DNA of 64,000 nt from Octopus vulgaris (GCA_951406725.2 OX597839.1:9362001-9426000), one strand, 5' to 3'; numbered from the stretch's first letter, positions 1-12,999 are shown. Numbers and translations are program-made. Notes: generated by a model from the sequence alone, not told the origin.

Positions 1-16
1 GCACGTGTGTGTGTGA

Positions 17-129
17 TCCACTCACAAGGCTTTGGTTGGCCCGAGGACACTTGCCCAAAGCACCACACAGTCGGACTGAACCTGAAACCATGTGGCTAGG
101 AAGCAAGCTTCTTACCACACAGCCACACC
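17..129 (-). mobile_element. SINE family A, 5' fragment
   Basis: Reverse complement matches the tRNA-like head of the full family A copies elsewhere in the window (GTGGCTGTGTGGTAAG...GGTTCAGTCC). Confidence 0.8.
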
Positions 130-666
130 ATAATTGTAAAATAAAATTCATATATTATGCCCCATACATGCATATAGTTATAATTACCATTTTGGGCCCT
201 CTCATTTCATTCAGTATGACAACCAGGTGATATCAAATGAAATTGCACTGTACTTCATGAGGTGTTTATTGATTTATATAAGCTCCATTTGAAGTTGAAT
301 TTAAAATTTATCTTTTGATTTTGATTTGATATTGGGAAATTCATATTTAGAATCAAGATAACACTGGCAGCTTTCCAATGTCATGAAGACATGGATGAAG
401 TAGAGAATGTTTTCATAATTTGGCAGCTTTTCTGTGTCATTAATGCCATCCAATCTCTATTCAATTTTGCTTGAAATCACATATATACATACATACATAT
501 ATATATATATACATATCAAGATTTAATTTATTTCTTAAGCTCTTGTTGATGAGACTGAAAACCATACACACAAACACACACACGCACACACACACACACA
601 CGCACGCACACGCACACACACACACACGTGCACACACACACACACACACACACACACGTATATATA

Positions 667-1042
667 AGCAATAATTATAATGATATAGAATATGGAGACT
701 TGAACATCCTCAAAATTTATTTCCTTTTATTTTACAATTCCACATATCATGTTTTTATGGTTGTGATGACCTACACGTGTTTCTAATGAACAGAGTATGA
801 ACACATGCAACCGGGCATAATTTTCTGTGCAGCATTGTTCAGAGTAGCTGGTGGACTGACCTTGAATGAAGCTACCCAGAAAATTATGCCCAGTTGCATG
901 TGCAACTGCTCATACTCTGTGCAGTAGAAACATGTGTAGGTCATCATAACTATAAAAATATCATGTATGAAATTGTAAATAAAAGGAAATAAATTTTGAG
1001 GATGTTCAAGTCTCCATATTCTATAGAATTATAATTATTGCT
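667..1042. mobile_element. Foldback (long inverted repeat), Penelope-like remnant with degenerate hammerhead-like fold
   Basis: Arms of about 160 bp (667-828 and 877-1042) are reverse complements with few mismatches. The element abuts a TA run. It contains TGACC-TTGAATGAAG...TAGAAACATGTGTA-GGTCA. Confidence 0.6.
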
Positions 1043-1235
1043 AATATACACTCCAGATAATATTACCATCCAGAGTCAGAATTTACAGCTTGAGTATAAC
1101 CAACTCAAAAACTTTCATCTTCCAATAAATTGTAAAACATCTTAGATGCATCCCTCACTCCAAACACTTGCATCTTGTGGACTGCATAATTGTGAGAAAG
1201 CATTGATCTCAGTGAGGTGTAAATAATAAAATCTA

Positions 1236-1843
1236 TATGGGGTTCTGAAAAGTTCCTGGCTTTGGGTAAAAGAATATAAAGGAGGATCAGTTAATGATTT
1301 TATGTAGGAGTGGCTGTGTGGTAAGTAGCATGTTTACCAACCACATGGTTCCGGGTTCAGCCCCACTGCGTGGCACCTTGGGCAAGTGTCTTCTGCTATA
1401 GCCTCGGGCCGACCAAAGCCTTGTGAGTGGATTTGGTAGACGGAAACTGAAAGAAGCCCGTCGTATATATGTATATATATATATGCGTGAGTGTGTTTAT
1501 GTGTCTGTGTTTGTCCCCCTAGCATTGCTTGACAACCGATGCTGGTGTGTTTGTCCCCATTACTTAGCGGTTTGGCAAAAGAGGCCAATAGAATAAGTAC
1601 TGGGCTTACAAAAGAATAAGTCCCAGGGTCAAGTAGCTCGATTAAAAAAGGCGGTGCTCCAGCATGGCCACAGTCAAATGACTGAAACAAGTAAAAGAGT
1701 AAAAGAGTAACATGTTCACATCTCAGATTCACACACTTATTGCAACGGTCCTTCAGTTTTTCTAAGTCTCGTAAAGAAGTTGGAAGGATAGGTCTCATGC
1801 CAGGCCTTTCATGATACCCTTAAAGCCAGGAACTTTTCAACAG
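1236..1843. mobile_element. Mariner-derived MITE interrupted by SINE A
   Basis: TIR-like GGGGTTCTGAAAAGTTCCTGGCTTT ... AAAGCCAGGAACTTTTCA. The minus strand retains a mariner-like C-terminus (LEKLKDRCNKCVNLR). Confidence 0.75.
1304..1710 (+). mobile_element. SINE family A, full length
   Basis: tRNA-like head with A and B boxes, CORE-like CCTTGGGCAAGT, internal (TA)n/(TG)n, and (GTAAAAGA)n tail. About 20 copies or fragments occur in the window. Confidence 0.9.
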
Positions 1844-2583
1844 CTTTGGTCTAGAGCTGAACATGGCAATGATCATTGGCTCATTGTAAATAAAGTTGAA
1901 ATTTAGAAGCAGGAGATATCCTCAGGGCAAGCCATCACCAAGGAAGCTGAAGATGGAGAATCTCATATCATCAGTATTTCAAGTAGACTAAACAATAAAC
2001 AGACACACACACACACAAACATAAATGCAGGCTTATATATATATATTCACACACAAACACGTATGTACACATTAACACATATACATACACACAAACATAT
2101 ATGCACACTTATATTCATACACATACAAAGACACACTAAGACACACAAATACACACAGAAACACGCCCATACACATGCACTATATTTTTTAAATGTTTAC
2201 TTCAAGTAGATACAGAAATATTAAAAGAAATGTAATTAACTTCCTGTGTTTTTGAGACTGACTCCAAGGAAATATATATATATATATGTTCCATAAATCA
2301 TGATAATCATCATCATCTTCTTCAAATAACTTTAGCAATATTTGAAAAGAAATTGCATTGAGATATCATTCCAGATTCCAGCACAGAGTTAAACCTGCAG
2401 CAGTTTTACTATAATAAATAATAAATACATATTCTGAGGGTGGGAATTTTTTTCTCTTCCCTCTACTTACTACAATCTTGTAGCCAGGGGGATAAAATGG
2501 AACAGCTTACAGTATATGTATGGATGAATGTATGCATACAGGAATATTTATACATACATTCATGTGTGTGTGTGTGTATTTCA

Positions 2584-2820
2584 TTTTTATCTTTTACTTG
2601 TTTCAGTCACTTTGACTGTGGCCATGTACTGCCTTTAAAAAATTTCTTTAGCTGAATGAGCCAATCCCAGTACTTAATATTTTTGCTAAGCCTAATACTT
2701 ATTTTATCAGTTTTTTTACTGAACTGCTAAGTTACGGGGCCAAAAACACACCAACACTGATTGTTAAGTGGTAGGGGGAATGCACACACACACACACACT
2801 GAACCTGAAACCATGTGGTT
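2584..2820 (-). mobile_element. SINE family A, degenerate
   Basis: Tail and 3' body match family A, with internal deletions. Confidence 0.7.
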
Positions 2821-2840
2821 AATATATACATATATATATA

Positions 2841-3062
2841 TATTTCTTTACTGCCCAGAAGGGGCTAAACATAGAGGGGACAAACAAGGACAGACGAAGG
2901 GATTGAGTCGATTATATCGCCCCCAGTGCGAAACTGGTACTTTATTTATCGACCCTGAAAGGATGAAAGGCAAAGTTGACCTCGGCGGAATTTGAACTCA
3001 GAATGTAATGACAGACGAAATACCGCTAAGCATTTTGCCCGGTGTGCTAACGTTTCTGCCAG
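2841..3062 (-). mobile_element. SINE family B
   Basis: Reverse complement reads CTGGCAGAAACGTTAGCAC...GAGTTCAAATTCCGCCGAGGTC...GTAAAGAAATA. Multi-copy in the window. Confidence 0.9.
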
Positions 3063-3425
3063 ACACACACACGCACACACACATACATTTGGACAAACAC
3101 TTGACATAGTCACACAGATAAAAAAAGTTTGTTTAATAGGCACAACTTAAGGGTCTCCTTCAGTTGCATGCCTAACATTAAATTTTTTGTGAGGATCCCC
3201 AAGCCATAAGCAGAGGAGGCAGTATACTCTTGTAGGATATACAATGACTGCCCAGTGATGGTTGTGGGAGGACGCATGTGAAACCGAAAGGGTTGTATGA
3301 GGGTGAGGTGGTAGCTGGCACTGGCAACCAGTGTAACAGCCTAAGCAGTAACAATGGTAGCAGCAATGGTAGTGGTAGCACCAAGCAGCAAAGGCAGCAA
3401 TACCAACAGTTATGACAGCAGCAGC

Positions 3426-3688
3426 GTGGAGGCACGTGGCTTAGTGGTTAGGGTGTCAGCATCATGATCATAAGATTGTGGTTTCAATTCCTGGACCGGG
3501 CGACGCATTGTGTTCTTGAGCAAAACACTTCATTTCACGTTGCTCCAGTCCACTCAGCTGGCAAAAATGAGTAACGCTGCGATGGACTGGCGTCCTATCC
3601 AGCTGGGGAACACATACACCATAGAAACCGGGAAACTGGGCTCATGAGCCTGGCTTGGCTTTAAAAAAGGGCACAGTTATTTTTTTTT
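3426..3688 (+). mobile_element. tRNA-derived CORE-type SINE (family J)
   Basis: A and B boxes, TTGAGCAAAACACTT core-like block, CTGCGATGGACTGG domain and T-rich tail. Flanked by the duplicated sequence TATGACAGCAGCAGC. Confidence 0.85.
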
Positions 3689-3773
3689 TATGACAGCAGC
3701 AGCAACACCAACACTGTGCCTAGAAATGGCTGCTATGCCAGGGGCAATGGAACCACCAAAATCATGTCCAGGA

Positions 3774-4059
3774 ATTTTATATATTGTAGAGTAGTAGTGT
3801 TTTTAGTACACCTGATACACATGTGTTTTCAAGCTATACATAGCAGCTAACTTTCTGTACTTTTACCAGATGGGTTACAAACTTGTAAAGGTGCATTTGG
3901 AACAGTTTTTGTGATACTGGATTTCAAAGTTTAGATGCCAACCCCGCTGTCTACTGCTAAAATAGTAAACCAGAATGCAAAAGAAATGAAGGTAAAAAAA
4001 AGAAAATCTAACAGTACAATGGAAGTGTTACTATTTTTAGATTCTTGAAATGATGAGGG
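3774..4059 (+). repeat. Unclassified ~285-bp repeat, inverted copy at 11566-11850
   Basis: High-identity reverse-complement match with the same end points. Confidence 0.85.
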
Positions 4060-4094
4060 CAGCACCGGCAGTGACTCCAGCAACAACAACAACG

Positions 4095-4250
4095 ACAATA
4101 CCACAGATTTGCTTGTCAGTTGCTTGACATTAACCACTTGAGCATGTCCCTTAGTGGCTGAAAGTATGCGCATCTCTGATCATAAGCAGGAGTAGTGGAG
4201 GGGCATTATAGTCAGTGTGTTTAAGAGGGATTCTTTGGGGTTTGAATAAA
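4095..4250 (+). mobile_element. Fragment of family H
   Basis: Reverse complement of part of 22608-23172. Confidence 0.75.
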
Positions 4251-4711
4251 TGTAACAAAAGCAAAGTCTGAAGGAAATATTAGCTGGGTGCCCTTCCTAA
4301 TGCCAACCACTCTGCAGGGTGTACTTTTGGTGAGAGTGAGCAAGGATGAGATTGTTTTCATTGGTATGTTTATGCCCACATCACAAACTTATTTCTCTCC
4401 ATTAATTACATTTTTTAATACTTACCAAGTGAAAAACATGCAATACATCTATGAACAACATCTTCAGCTGTTTTTTATTAAGATTTAAAATGTATTTTAC
4501 ACAGATACCCCACCCCACCACAAAAATATAATGAAATAAAACACAAATATGCATACAAACAACATGCATGCACATACATGAAACACACACACATACACAG
4601 CATGAAACACTCAAAGACCATTCAACACACTCTTGCCTATAAGATACATACATATTTTATTTTTATTTTTATTTTATCTAGTTTCAGCTCATGAGCTGTG
4701 ATGCTGGCACC

Positions 4712-4759
<48 letters not shown>

Positions 4760-4767
<8 letters not shown>

Positions 4768-5240
4768 TAAATAAAACATATGCATATATATATACATATA
4801 TGTACGTACCTACCTCTACTTGTATATATACACGCATATATGAGTACAGGACACCAAAAAAACGTTGAACACAATGAGAAACGAAAACATAGACACAAAC
4901 CCAAGGAACTGGACATTTTTTTAAACAACAAAAAAATAGAGTACAGGACAATTAACACAAAGAAAAAAACCCTTCTTCAGTCGCCATGGTTTCATCTACT
5001 CTACGTTTCGAAGGTGAAGGCGAGACGTATCTTCGATAAGAAACTTTCCTTTCCGCGAAAAGCAAATTAAATAAAATTTGAGATCTTTTTGCAGAGGGGT
5101 AAAAATGGTAACAAAAACAGGACAGTAACGACAGTGCAAAATATAAGCAGTAAAAGACAGGACAAGGAAAAACAAGATAAGAAGGGCTGTTAACGCCAAA
5201 CGAAAAAAAGTATTACGAACACTGATTTCTGTATATATAT
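4760..5240. mobile_element. (TA)n-embedded repeat family G, possibly Penelope-like
   Basis: Flanked by TA tracts. An inverted partial copy lies at 19915-20132. Confidence 0.6.
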
Positions 5241-5294
5241 ATATATAAACAAGCACACATCAGAAATAGAAAACACATAAACACACACACACAA

Positions 5295-5815
5295 ATAAAC
5301 TAGCACAGACTCACACTTACATACACACACGTGAAATACACATACACACAAAAGTAATATTACAAAATAATCATACACACACACACACACACACTAGCAG
5401 AGACTCACACTATCATACACACACGAAATATATATACACACAAAAATAACGTTATAAAATAATCACAAGCAATGCACACACACACACACATGCACACACA
5501 CACACACATGCAGAGACTCACAGTATTATACACACGCAAAATATACATACACACAAAAATAACATTATAAAATAATCACACGCAATGCATACACACATAC
5601 ACACACACACACACACACACGCACACACACACATACACACACACACTAGCAGAGACTCAAAGTATCATACACACAAAATTAACATCAAAAAATAATCACA
5701 CGCAATGCACACACACACAGACACACACTAGCAGAGATTCACACTATCATATACACGCGAATTATACATACACACAAAAGTAACGTTATAAAATAATCAC
5801 ACACATACACACACA
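5295..5815. repeat. CA-rich degenerate tandem repeat (about 5 units of 80-135 bp)
   Basis: Recurrent CTAGCAGAGACTCACA...AAAATAATCAC separated by (CA)n. Confidence 0.8.
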
Positions 5816-6074
5816 CACCATACAACCTTGTCTATGATATTAATTCCTTTATCCAGAAAAACATGACTATGAATTCTAAGTTGAATATTTTCTCAGGGTA
5901 AATTGGAAAAAAAAAAAGAGAAGAAATAAACAAAAGGAAATGAAATGAAAGGAAATAAATAAGTACTGGGGCTTGATTCATTCAACAAAAAATTTTCCAA
6001 GGCAGTGCCCTAGCACTGAACTGAAACAAATAAAAGATAACAATGGCGACAACATTGCCGTCATTGTCATCAAC

Positions 6075-6637
6075 ATCGGTTATGAATGACCATGGGATTG
6101 CACCTAGAAAGTTTCCCTCTGAGGCAAAAGTCTGGGCAAGGTTGATTATGGAAGATCAGCAGTCACCCATGTATACCTATTTCTTTACTACCTACAAGGG
6201 GCTAAACACAGAGGGGACAAACAGGGACAGACATAGGTATTAAGTCGATTACATCAACCCCAGTGCGTAACTGGTACTTATTTCATCGACCCCGAAAGGA
6301 TGAAAAGCAAAGTCAACCTCGGCGGAATTTGAACTCAGAACGTAACTGCAGACGAAATACTGGAAAGCATTTCGCCCGGCGCGCTAACGTTTCTGCAATC
6401 ACCCATGTATACCAGCCGCCCCTCTCCACAAGACCAATGTTATGTAAGGGAAACATAAAGACTGATACAGCATGCCACCAGTGACATTGCACCTCGTTTC
6501 TACAGCTGAGTGGACTGGAGCAACGTGAAATAAAGTGTCTTGCTCAAGAACATAACACTCAGCCCAGTTTGGGAATCAAACTCACTACCTCACGATTATG
6601 AACCTGACACTCTAACCATTGAGCCATGCACCTTCAC
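6075..6637 (-). mobile_element. CORE-type SINE family D interrupted by SINE B
   Basis: tRNA-like head at 6570-6637 and core block. The B insert at 6178-6397 is flanked by a 15-bp TSD TCACCCATGTATACC (6163-6177, 6399-6413). Confidence 0.85.
6178..6397 (-). mobile_element. SINE family B nested in SINE D
   Basis: Family B sequence with a 15-bp TSD. Confidence 0.9.
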
Positions 6638-6642
6638 ATATA

Positions 6643-6915
6643 AGCCCCCTTTGGTTATGAATGAGCATAGGATTGTACCTAGAAAGTTCTGCTCCGAGGC
6701 ACAAGTCGAGGCAATGTTGCTTATGGAAAACCAGCAGTCACCCATGCCTACCAGTCTCCCCTCACCACACCACCAATGTTGTCCAAGAGCAAGGTAAAGG
6801 CTGATACAGCATGGCACCAGAGACATTGCACCTCGTTTCTACAGCTGAGTGGACTGGAGCAATGTGAAATAAAGTGTATTGCAACACATAGCCCAGTACC
6901 AGAATCAAACTCATT
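6643..6915 (-). mobile_element. SINE family D, second adjacent copy
   Basis: Direct homologue of 6075-6637; the head is truncated at the SINE A junction. Confidence 0.8.
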
Positions 6916-6916
6916 A

Positions 6917-7340
6917 TGCAGGAGTGGATGTGTGGTAAGTAGCTTGCTAACCAACCACATGGTTCCGGGTTCAGTCCCACTGCGTGGCACCTTGGGCAAG
7001 TGTCTTCTACAATAGGCTCGGGCCGACCAAAGTCTTGTGAGTGGATTTGGTAGACGGAAACTGAAAGAAGCCTGTCGTATATATGTATATATATATATGC
7101 GTGTGTCTGTGTTTTCGTGTCTGTGTTTGTACCCCTAGCATTGTTTGACAACCGATGCTGGTGTGTTTATATCCCCGTTACTTAGCGGTTCGGCAAAAGA
7201 GACCGATAGAATAAGTACTAGGTTTACAAAGAATAAGTCATGGGGTCGATTTGCTCGACTAAAGGCGGTGCTCCAGCATGGCCACAGTCACATGACTGAA
7301 ACAAGTAAAAAGTAAGTAAAAAAGTAAGTAAGAGATAAAA
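6917..7340 (+). mobile_element. SINE family A
   Basis: Full head, body and tail. Confidence 0.9.
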
Positions 7341-7604
7341 GACATGAGGAAGATTTTCAAAAGATGTTCAATAAAGCCCTCCTCTTTCATAACAATATTT
7401 CTGTGTTCTATGATTTGCTGTATCAAATCAACCATCAATAGAACTGATGTGGGGTTCAATTTGTATATGTGACTATGTTTACTTGGTTCTGCTGTTCATC
7501 CAGTATTTATTTTTGCTGTCGTACTTTCTTTTACAGCTGTGGTTGTATTTGTCAATGTTAGTTTTGTAATTGTCGATCAACATCAATGGAAATTGTAGCT
7601 GTGA

Positions 7605-7977
7605 TACCAGTGCCGGTAGCACATAAGAGAACCATCCAAACGTGGCCGTTGCCAGCACCGCCCCAACTGGCCTCCATGCCGGTGGCACGTAAAAAGCACC
7701 ATCGGATTGTGGCCGTTGCCAGCCTCGTCTGGCCCCCATGCCGGTGGCACGTAAAAAGCACCATCCGATCGTGGCCGTTTGCCAGCCTCGTCTGGCACGT
7801 AAAAAGCACCCACTACACTCACGCAGTGGTTGGTGTTAGAAAGGGCATCCAGTTGTAGAAACATTGCCAGATCAGACTGGGCCTGGCGCAGCCTTCTGGC
7901 TTCCCAGACCCCAGTTGAACCATCCAACCCATGCTAACATGGAAAGCGAACGTTAAACGATGATGATGATGATGATG
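7605..7977 (+). mobile_element. Family C retroposon (tandem monomers, (GAT)n tail)
   Basis: About 4 GGCACGTAAAAAGCACC monomers, an AAGGGCATCCAG domain and a (GAT)n tail. Confidence 0.85.
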
Positions 7978-8039
7978 TTGCTGTTGGGATTTTGGTGTTG
8001 ATGGTTTATAGACAGACTTTCTCTTTTTTACTTTTAGCT

Positions 8040-8250
8040 TTAACCCTTTAGCATTCAGATTACTCAGTCAAATCTAATGCTTATTTATTCACATTGTTTT
8101 GAATTAATCATGCATTATCATGCATTATCTCATAGCTTTGAGATTCTGATGTGATTACTTATTTTTACAATGACATTGTAGAGTATGTATGAGAGACCAG
8201 AGGTAGAATAATAAGGCTAGATATGGCCAGTTTAAACACTAAAGGGTTAA
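8040..8250. mobile_element. piggyBac-like MITE E1
   Basis: TTAA-CCCTTTAG ... CTAAAGGG-TTAA. Confidence 0.85.
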
Positions 8251-9098
8251 ATTTGGGACAGCCTTTTTTAAATTGCTTTTCCTCTTGGTCCAGACATATG
8301 TACCTTATGACAAGTTTGATTTTGTCCTCCTTGCATAATGCGGCTTCTCTTTCAGCCAGGCAGTTTAGCAGAAACTTATATGAAACTGTTGAAGTGGTGA
8401 TGACGGTGGTAGCGATGGTGATGACAACAGTGTTGTTGAACTGAACTCAAAGCAACAAAGAGTCAGACTAGATGATAGAATATTATTAATATTTAGCCAA
8501 ATGGACTTCAAGATTGAAAGGAATTAATAAATTCTAAATGGACAGAAAGTAAAGAACAGTTAAATGGCATTAGTTTGTAATCTCACTTTTTATTGTCAAC
8601 TGCAGTAATAAAATAGATGAAATGACATCTAGGTTTAAAAGGTTCTAATACAGTAGACAACCGATGTATATATGTGTATATATATATACATAAACTCATA
8701 CATATGTACACACATATACATATAAACAGATAAACAACACATACATGCATGTTTATATACACAATACCATAGACATACATTCATACATGGCCTCATAAAC
8801 AAAGTTGTCTGACATCAATTTGTATTGTGTCTTTTGTGTTCAAAGGTACAACAATGGAGTGATATTAAGGTGAATGTATTGATTAACGGTCCCGGGGGTC
8901 AGCGGGGAGTATTGCAATGCAAATCTTTCATTTGCTTGGTCAAGAATAGCTGCAAGGCCAAAAATTTCCACTGGAAAATCGACAGCTGAAGTTAGAGAGA
9001 GAAGGTGGGAGAGGGATAAGTGAGGGGCAATGTGAGAGAAAAGAAGGGGACAAAAGAAAACGGATGTAACATTTGTTTGTACATCTATTATTTTCAGT

Positions 9099-9411
9099 AG
9101 TGGAGGCACATGGCCTAGTGGTTAGAGCAACGGACTCGCGGTCGAGGGATCGCAGGTTCAAATCTGAGACCGGGGTGATGTGTGTGTTTATGAGCGAAAT
9201 ACCTAAGCTCCACGCTGCTCCAGCAGAAGGTAATGGCGAAACTTCTGCTGACTCTTTCGCCACAACTTTCTCTCACTCTTTCCTCCTGCATCTTGCAGCT
9301 CACCTGCGACAGACCAGCATCCCATCCAGGTGGGGAACCTATACGCGAAGGAAACCGTGAAACCGGCCCTTATGAGCCAGACATGGCTCGAGAAGGAACA
9401 AACAAACACAA
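9099..9411 (+). mobile_element. tRNA-derived SINE (family K)
   Basis: Head GGAGGCACATGGCCTAGTGGTTAGAGC...GGTTCAAATC and (AAAC)n tail. 14-bp TSD CTATTATTTTCAGT (9085-9098, 9412-9425). Confidence 0.85.
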
Positions 9412-10132
9412 CTATTATTTTCAGTGCCTCAAAGTAAAAAGTTTTATTGCAAACCTAACAGGGAGTGTCTACTAGAACAGTTGTCATTGTTGTTGTGGGC
9501 AGTGTTGCTGCTTTGGTCTAATTCAACCCTGATTGAGTACCCAATACATTACAATCATAGACAACCCATCTTTTTTCATTTTTCAAATTTTTAAAAATTA
9601 CTTTTAGTCAAAATAGAAGGCACTGCCTGTGACTTTTTATAGGGCATGGTCTGAATGCTTTCAACAGCGTGGACTAAAGGCACATAAGATACTGGGTGGC
9701 GGTGACAGTGGTGTTATATCAGATCAAAAGTCTACCACCCAAGCAGGCCATGCCAGAGTATGAACTCAGAAGGAACTCAAACAAATATCACAAAACATCT
9801 AGTCCAATGTTCTTACATTTCTGCCAATCACACCACTCTGGATTTGGTACTTTTTTATCAACTCCTGAAAGAAATAAAGGTAAAGTTTATCTTGACAAAC
9901 TTGAAGTCAGAGATTCCAAACATCCCTTGAACCACGTCCTCCAATCTTAGAAAGGAAATATGGCTTGATGTAGTAATTATCTTTTATTTTTACTTGTTTC
10001 AGTCATTTGGCTGCAGCCATGCTGGGGCATCACCTTGAAGGGTTTTAGCCAAACAAATCAACCCCAGGACTTTTTCTTTTTTAAAGTCTAGTACTTATTC
10101 AATAATGTATACATGCAGTGTATATTTAAAGA

Positions 10133-10164
<32 letters not shown>

Positions 10165-10286
10165 AGAAAATTATGTAATATGTATGGACGTAGCTTCAAC
10201 CGTGTTCTTTCTGATGTGAATTTGCTACCCAGGTATCGGTTATCTTTCGAATTATCCTTAATAAGATAATTCATTCAATTACTCAA

Positions 10287-10321
<35 letters not shown>

Positions 10322-11136
10322 TGTATATATTTGCAAGGGAAATTGTGTAACACACTGTACAGCATACAAATTAATATTAATTATGAAATTAATTGTGTTA
10401 CATATAGACATACACCCCACCTTGCTCCTTCTGTATTTGTAAACATTCACAAGCAAACTGTAAAGTTTAATTATATAGACATAACTTCAACTGTGATATA
10501 TTCAATAACACACACACACACACACATATATATTCTTGCCCACACACAGAGCCACCATGAATATAATTAATTTCAAAGTACATTGAAAAATAGTAGAGTA
10601 GGGGTAAGGTAGAGCAGAGTAAAAAGATCTCCTTGCTTGTTTTCAAAATAGTGATGTTTATGAGATAAGCCAAAAGTTGAGAAATGTTATCAGCAAGCTG
10701 AAAACAAAAAATGGTAACTTATTATCTTGCCAGATAAATTGCCAGCACCAGCTGATGAAGACACAATATATCTATGACCATATATATGTGTGTGGAAGTG
10801 TGTCGCTGAATTTTATAGTGACTTCCATTTTACTCTAAAGCTTATCAATATCACAGCTTTTGTAACATACTCGTATTTGAATAACCCTTGTTCTGACCAT
10901 ATTTCTATTGAATCACAAGCTATAAGGCCTGGTTATAGGCTTTAATTCATTATGAAAATAATCTACAAATTTAATCTTTTTTTCTTCTTTTTTTTTTTTC
11001 ATAATTTTGTCAGAGGAGGAAGCCTCTGAAACTAGGCCTCCAAGCCAGGTGAGAGAAAGACAGGGAGTTACCTTCAAACTGGAGACTTAATTCCAAAACA
11101 CTTTCAACATAGTATTTCATGGAACAAATTTTTCCT

Positions 11137-11365
11137 TTAACCCTTTTGATACTAACCAACCCGAGACAGCCCCTGGTTCTATGATACAAACTCTGTCTTA
11201 AAATTATCTAAATTAAAAACTCCAATCAAAATTTCATATTAATTTCTGTTCCTAACACCAGCTTAAAAATGACTAAGCTATTTTACTAAATTCTTCATTA
11301 TTCTCAAAATTAATTGAAATGAAGACAGTGTGTTTCAACAGAAATATGGTAATAAAAAGGGTTAA
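11137..11365. mobile_element. piggyBac-like MITE (E2-related)
   Basis: TTAA-CCCTTTT ... AAAAGGG-TTAA. Confidence 0.8.
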
Positions 11366-11565
11366 CATAGTGATTCTCAATCGGGGTCCAAATGGCCCTT
11401 GGTCTCCATACAAAATTTCAACCTGTCTGTGTTATTGTTTGTGTGTGTGTTTGTGTGTATGAAAAATGTCTTATTCACCTCTTATTAATGTTGTATATTT
11501 TTATCTGCTTTGTTATGAAACAGTCTTTTTACTCCCATGCTTATGAAAATATAAACATCCCCCCC

Positions 11566-11850
11566 CCCTCGTCATTTCAAGAATCTAAAAGTAGTAACAC
11601 TTCCATTGCACTGTTAGATTTTCTTTTTTTACCTTCATTTCTTTTGCATTCTGGTTTACTTATTTTAGCAGTAGACAGCGGGGTTGGCATCTAAATTTGA
11701 AATCCAGTATCACAAAACCTGTTCCAAATGCACCTTTACAAATTTGTAACACATCTGATAAAAGTACAGAAAGTTAGCTGCTATGTATAGCTTGAAAACA
11801 CATGTGTATCAGGTGTACTAAAAACACTGCTATTCTACAATATATAAAAT
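11566..11850 (-). repeat. Unclassified ~285-bp repeat, inverted partner of 3774-4059
   Basis: Reverse-complement match. Confidence 0.85.
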
Positions 11851-12262
11851 GTGACTCCTGCACCTAAATAGATATATACATATGAATATGAACCCGTGTG
11901 TGTGTATACATGTGCAATTGCACACGCACAAAAATGGGTGTTCATTTTACATGTTTTTCTATGCTTAGGTTGGATGGACACTTATTTGAGGCATTCTTTA
12001 AGACCAGATTTCCTTCCTGTTGTCAATACTTCCATGTTTTACCTGTTAGGAAGCTTCTATTCAACTATGTCAAAACTGCAGAGCTTACGGGACATGTTTA
12101 GTGGAAATGTAAACATGAGGATACGTTTTCTTTTGGTTAGATGATCTCAAGTGAAAAGTAGAAACAACAATTTCACAGACACACACATACAAATGTGTTC
12201 AATGCAGTTTCTTTCTATGAATTTCACTCACAAGGCATTCATTCATCAGCTCTAAGCAATAC

Positions 12263-12675
12263 TCTCTTTTTACTCTTTTACTTGTTTCAGTCATTTGACT
12301 GTGGCCATGCTGGAGCACCGCCTTTAGTCGAGCAAATCGATCCCAGGGCTTATTCTTTGAAAGCCTAGTACTTATTCTATCGGTCTCTTTTGCCGAGCCG
12401 CTAAGTTACGGGGACATAAACACACCAGCATCGGTTGTCAAGCGATGTTGGGAGAACAAACGCAGACACACAAACACACATTATATATATATATATATAT
12501 ATACATATATACGACGGGCTTCCTTCAGTTTCCGTCTACCAAATCCACTCACAAGGCTTTGGTCGGCCCGAGGCTATAGTAGAAGACACTTGCCCAAGGT
12601 GCCACGCAGTGGGACTGAACCCAGGACCATGTGGTTGGTAAGCAAGCTATTTACCACACAGCCACTCCTATGCCT
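12263..12675 (-). mobile_element. SINE family A, with adjacent head fragments to about 12895
   Basis: Full copy on the minus strand. Confidence 0.9.
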
Positions 12676-12999
12676 AGTAGAAGACACTTGCACAAGGCCC
12701 TGCACAGTGGATTGAACCTACAACCAAGTGCTTGGGAAGTGAACTTCTTAATCATACAGCCACATTTGCACACACACACATATATAGATCAGGGGTGGCT
12801 GTGTGGTAAGAAGCTTGCTTCCCAACTACATGGTTCTCGGTTCAGTCCTACTGCGTGGCACATTGAATGCAGGGATTTTTTTTGCCTATAAGCCAGCCAA
12901 ATGGTATAAGCATGGAATTGAGTTTCTAGCACAATGATGGCAACATACAATAGAATATGATGGGATATATTTTGGTGAATAAACGCTTTTTATGGGTAA

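Noticed and set aside
1334-1798. Recurrent ORFs ending VEDTCPRCHAVGLNPEPCGW
   Set aside because: Antisense translations of SINE A found in every copy.
4970-5040. Hammerhead in family G (GAAAC and CTGAAGA on the minus strand)
   Set aside because: I could not build consistent stems I-III.
7259-7459. 66-aa ORF as a transposase fragment
   Set aside because: No diagnostic motif, and its 3' half runs into a SINE A tail.
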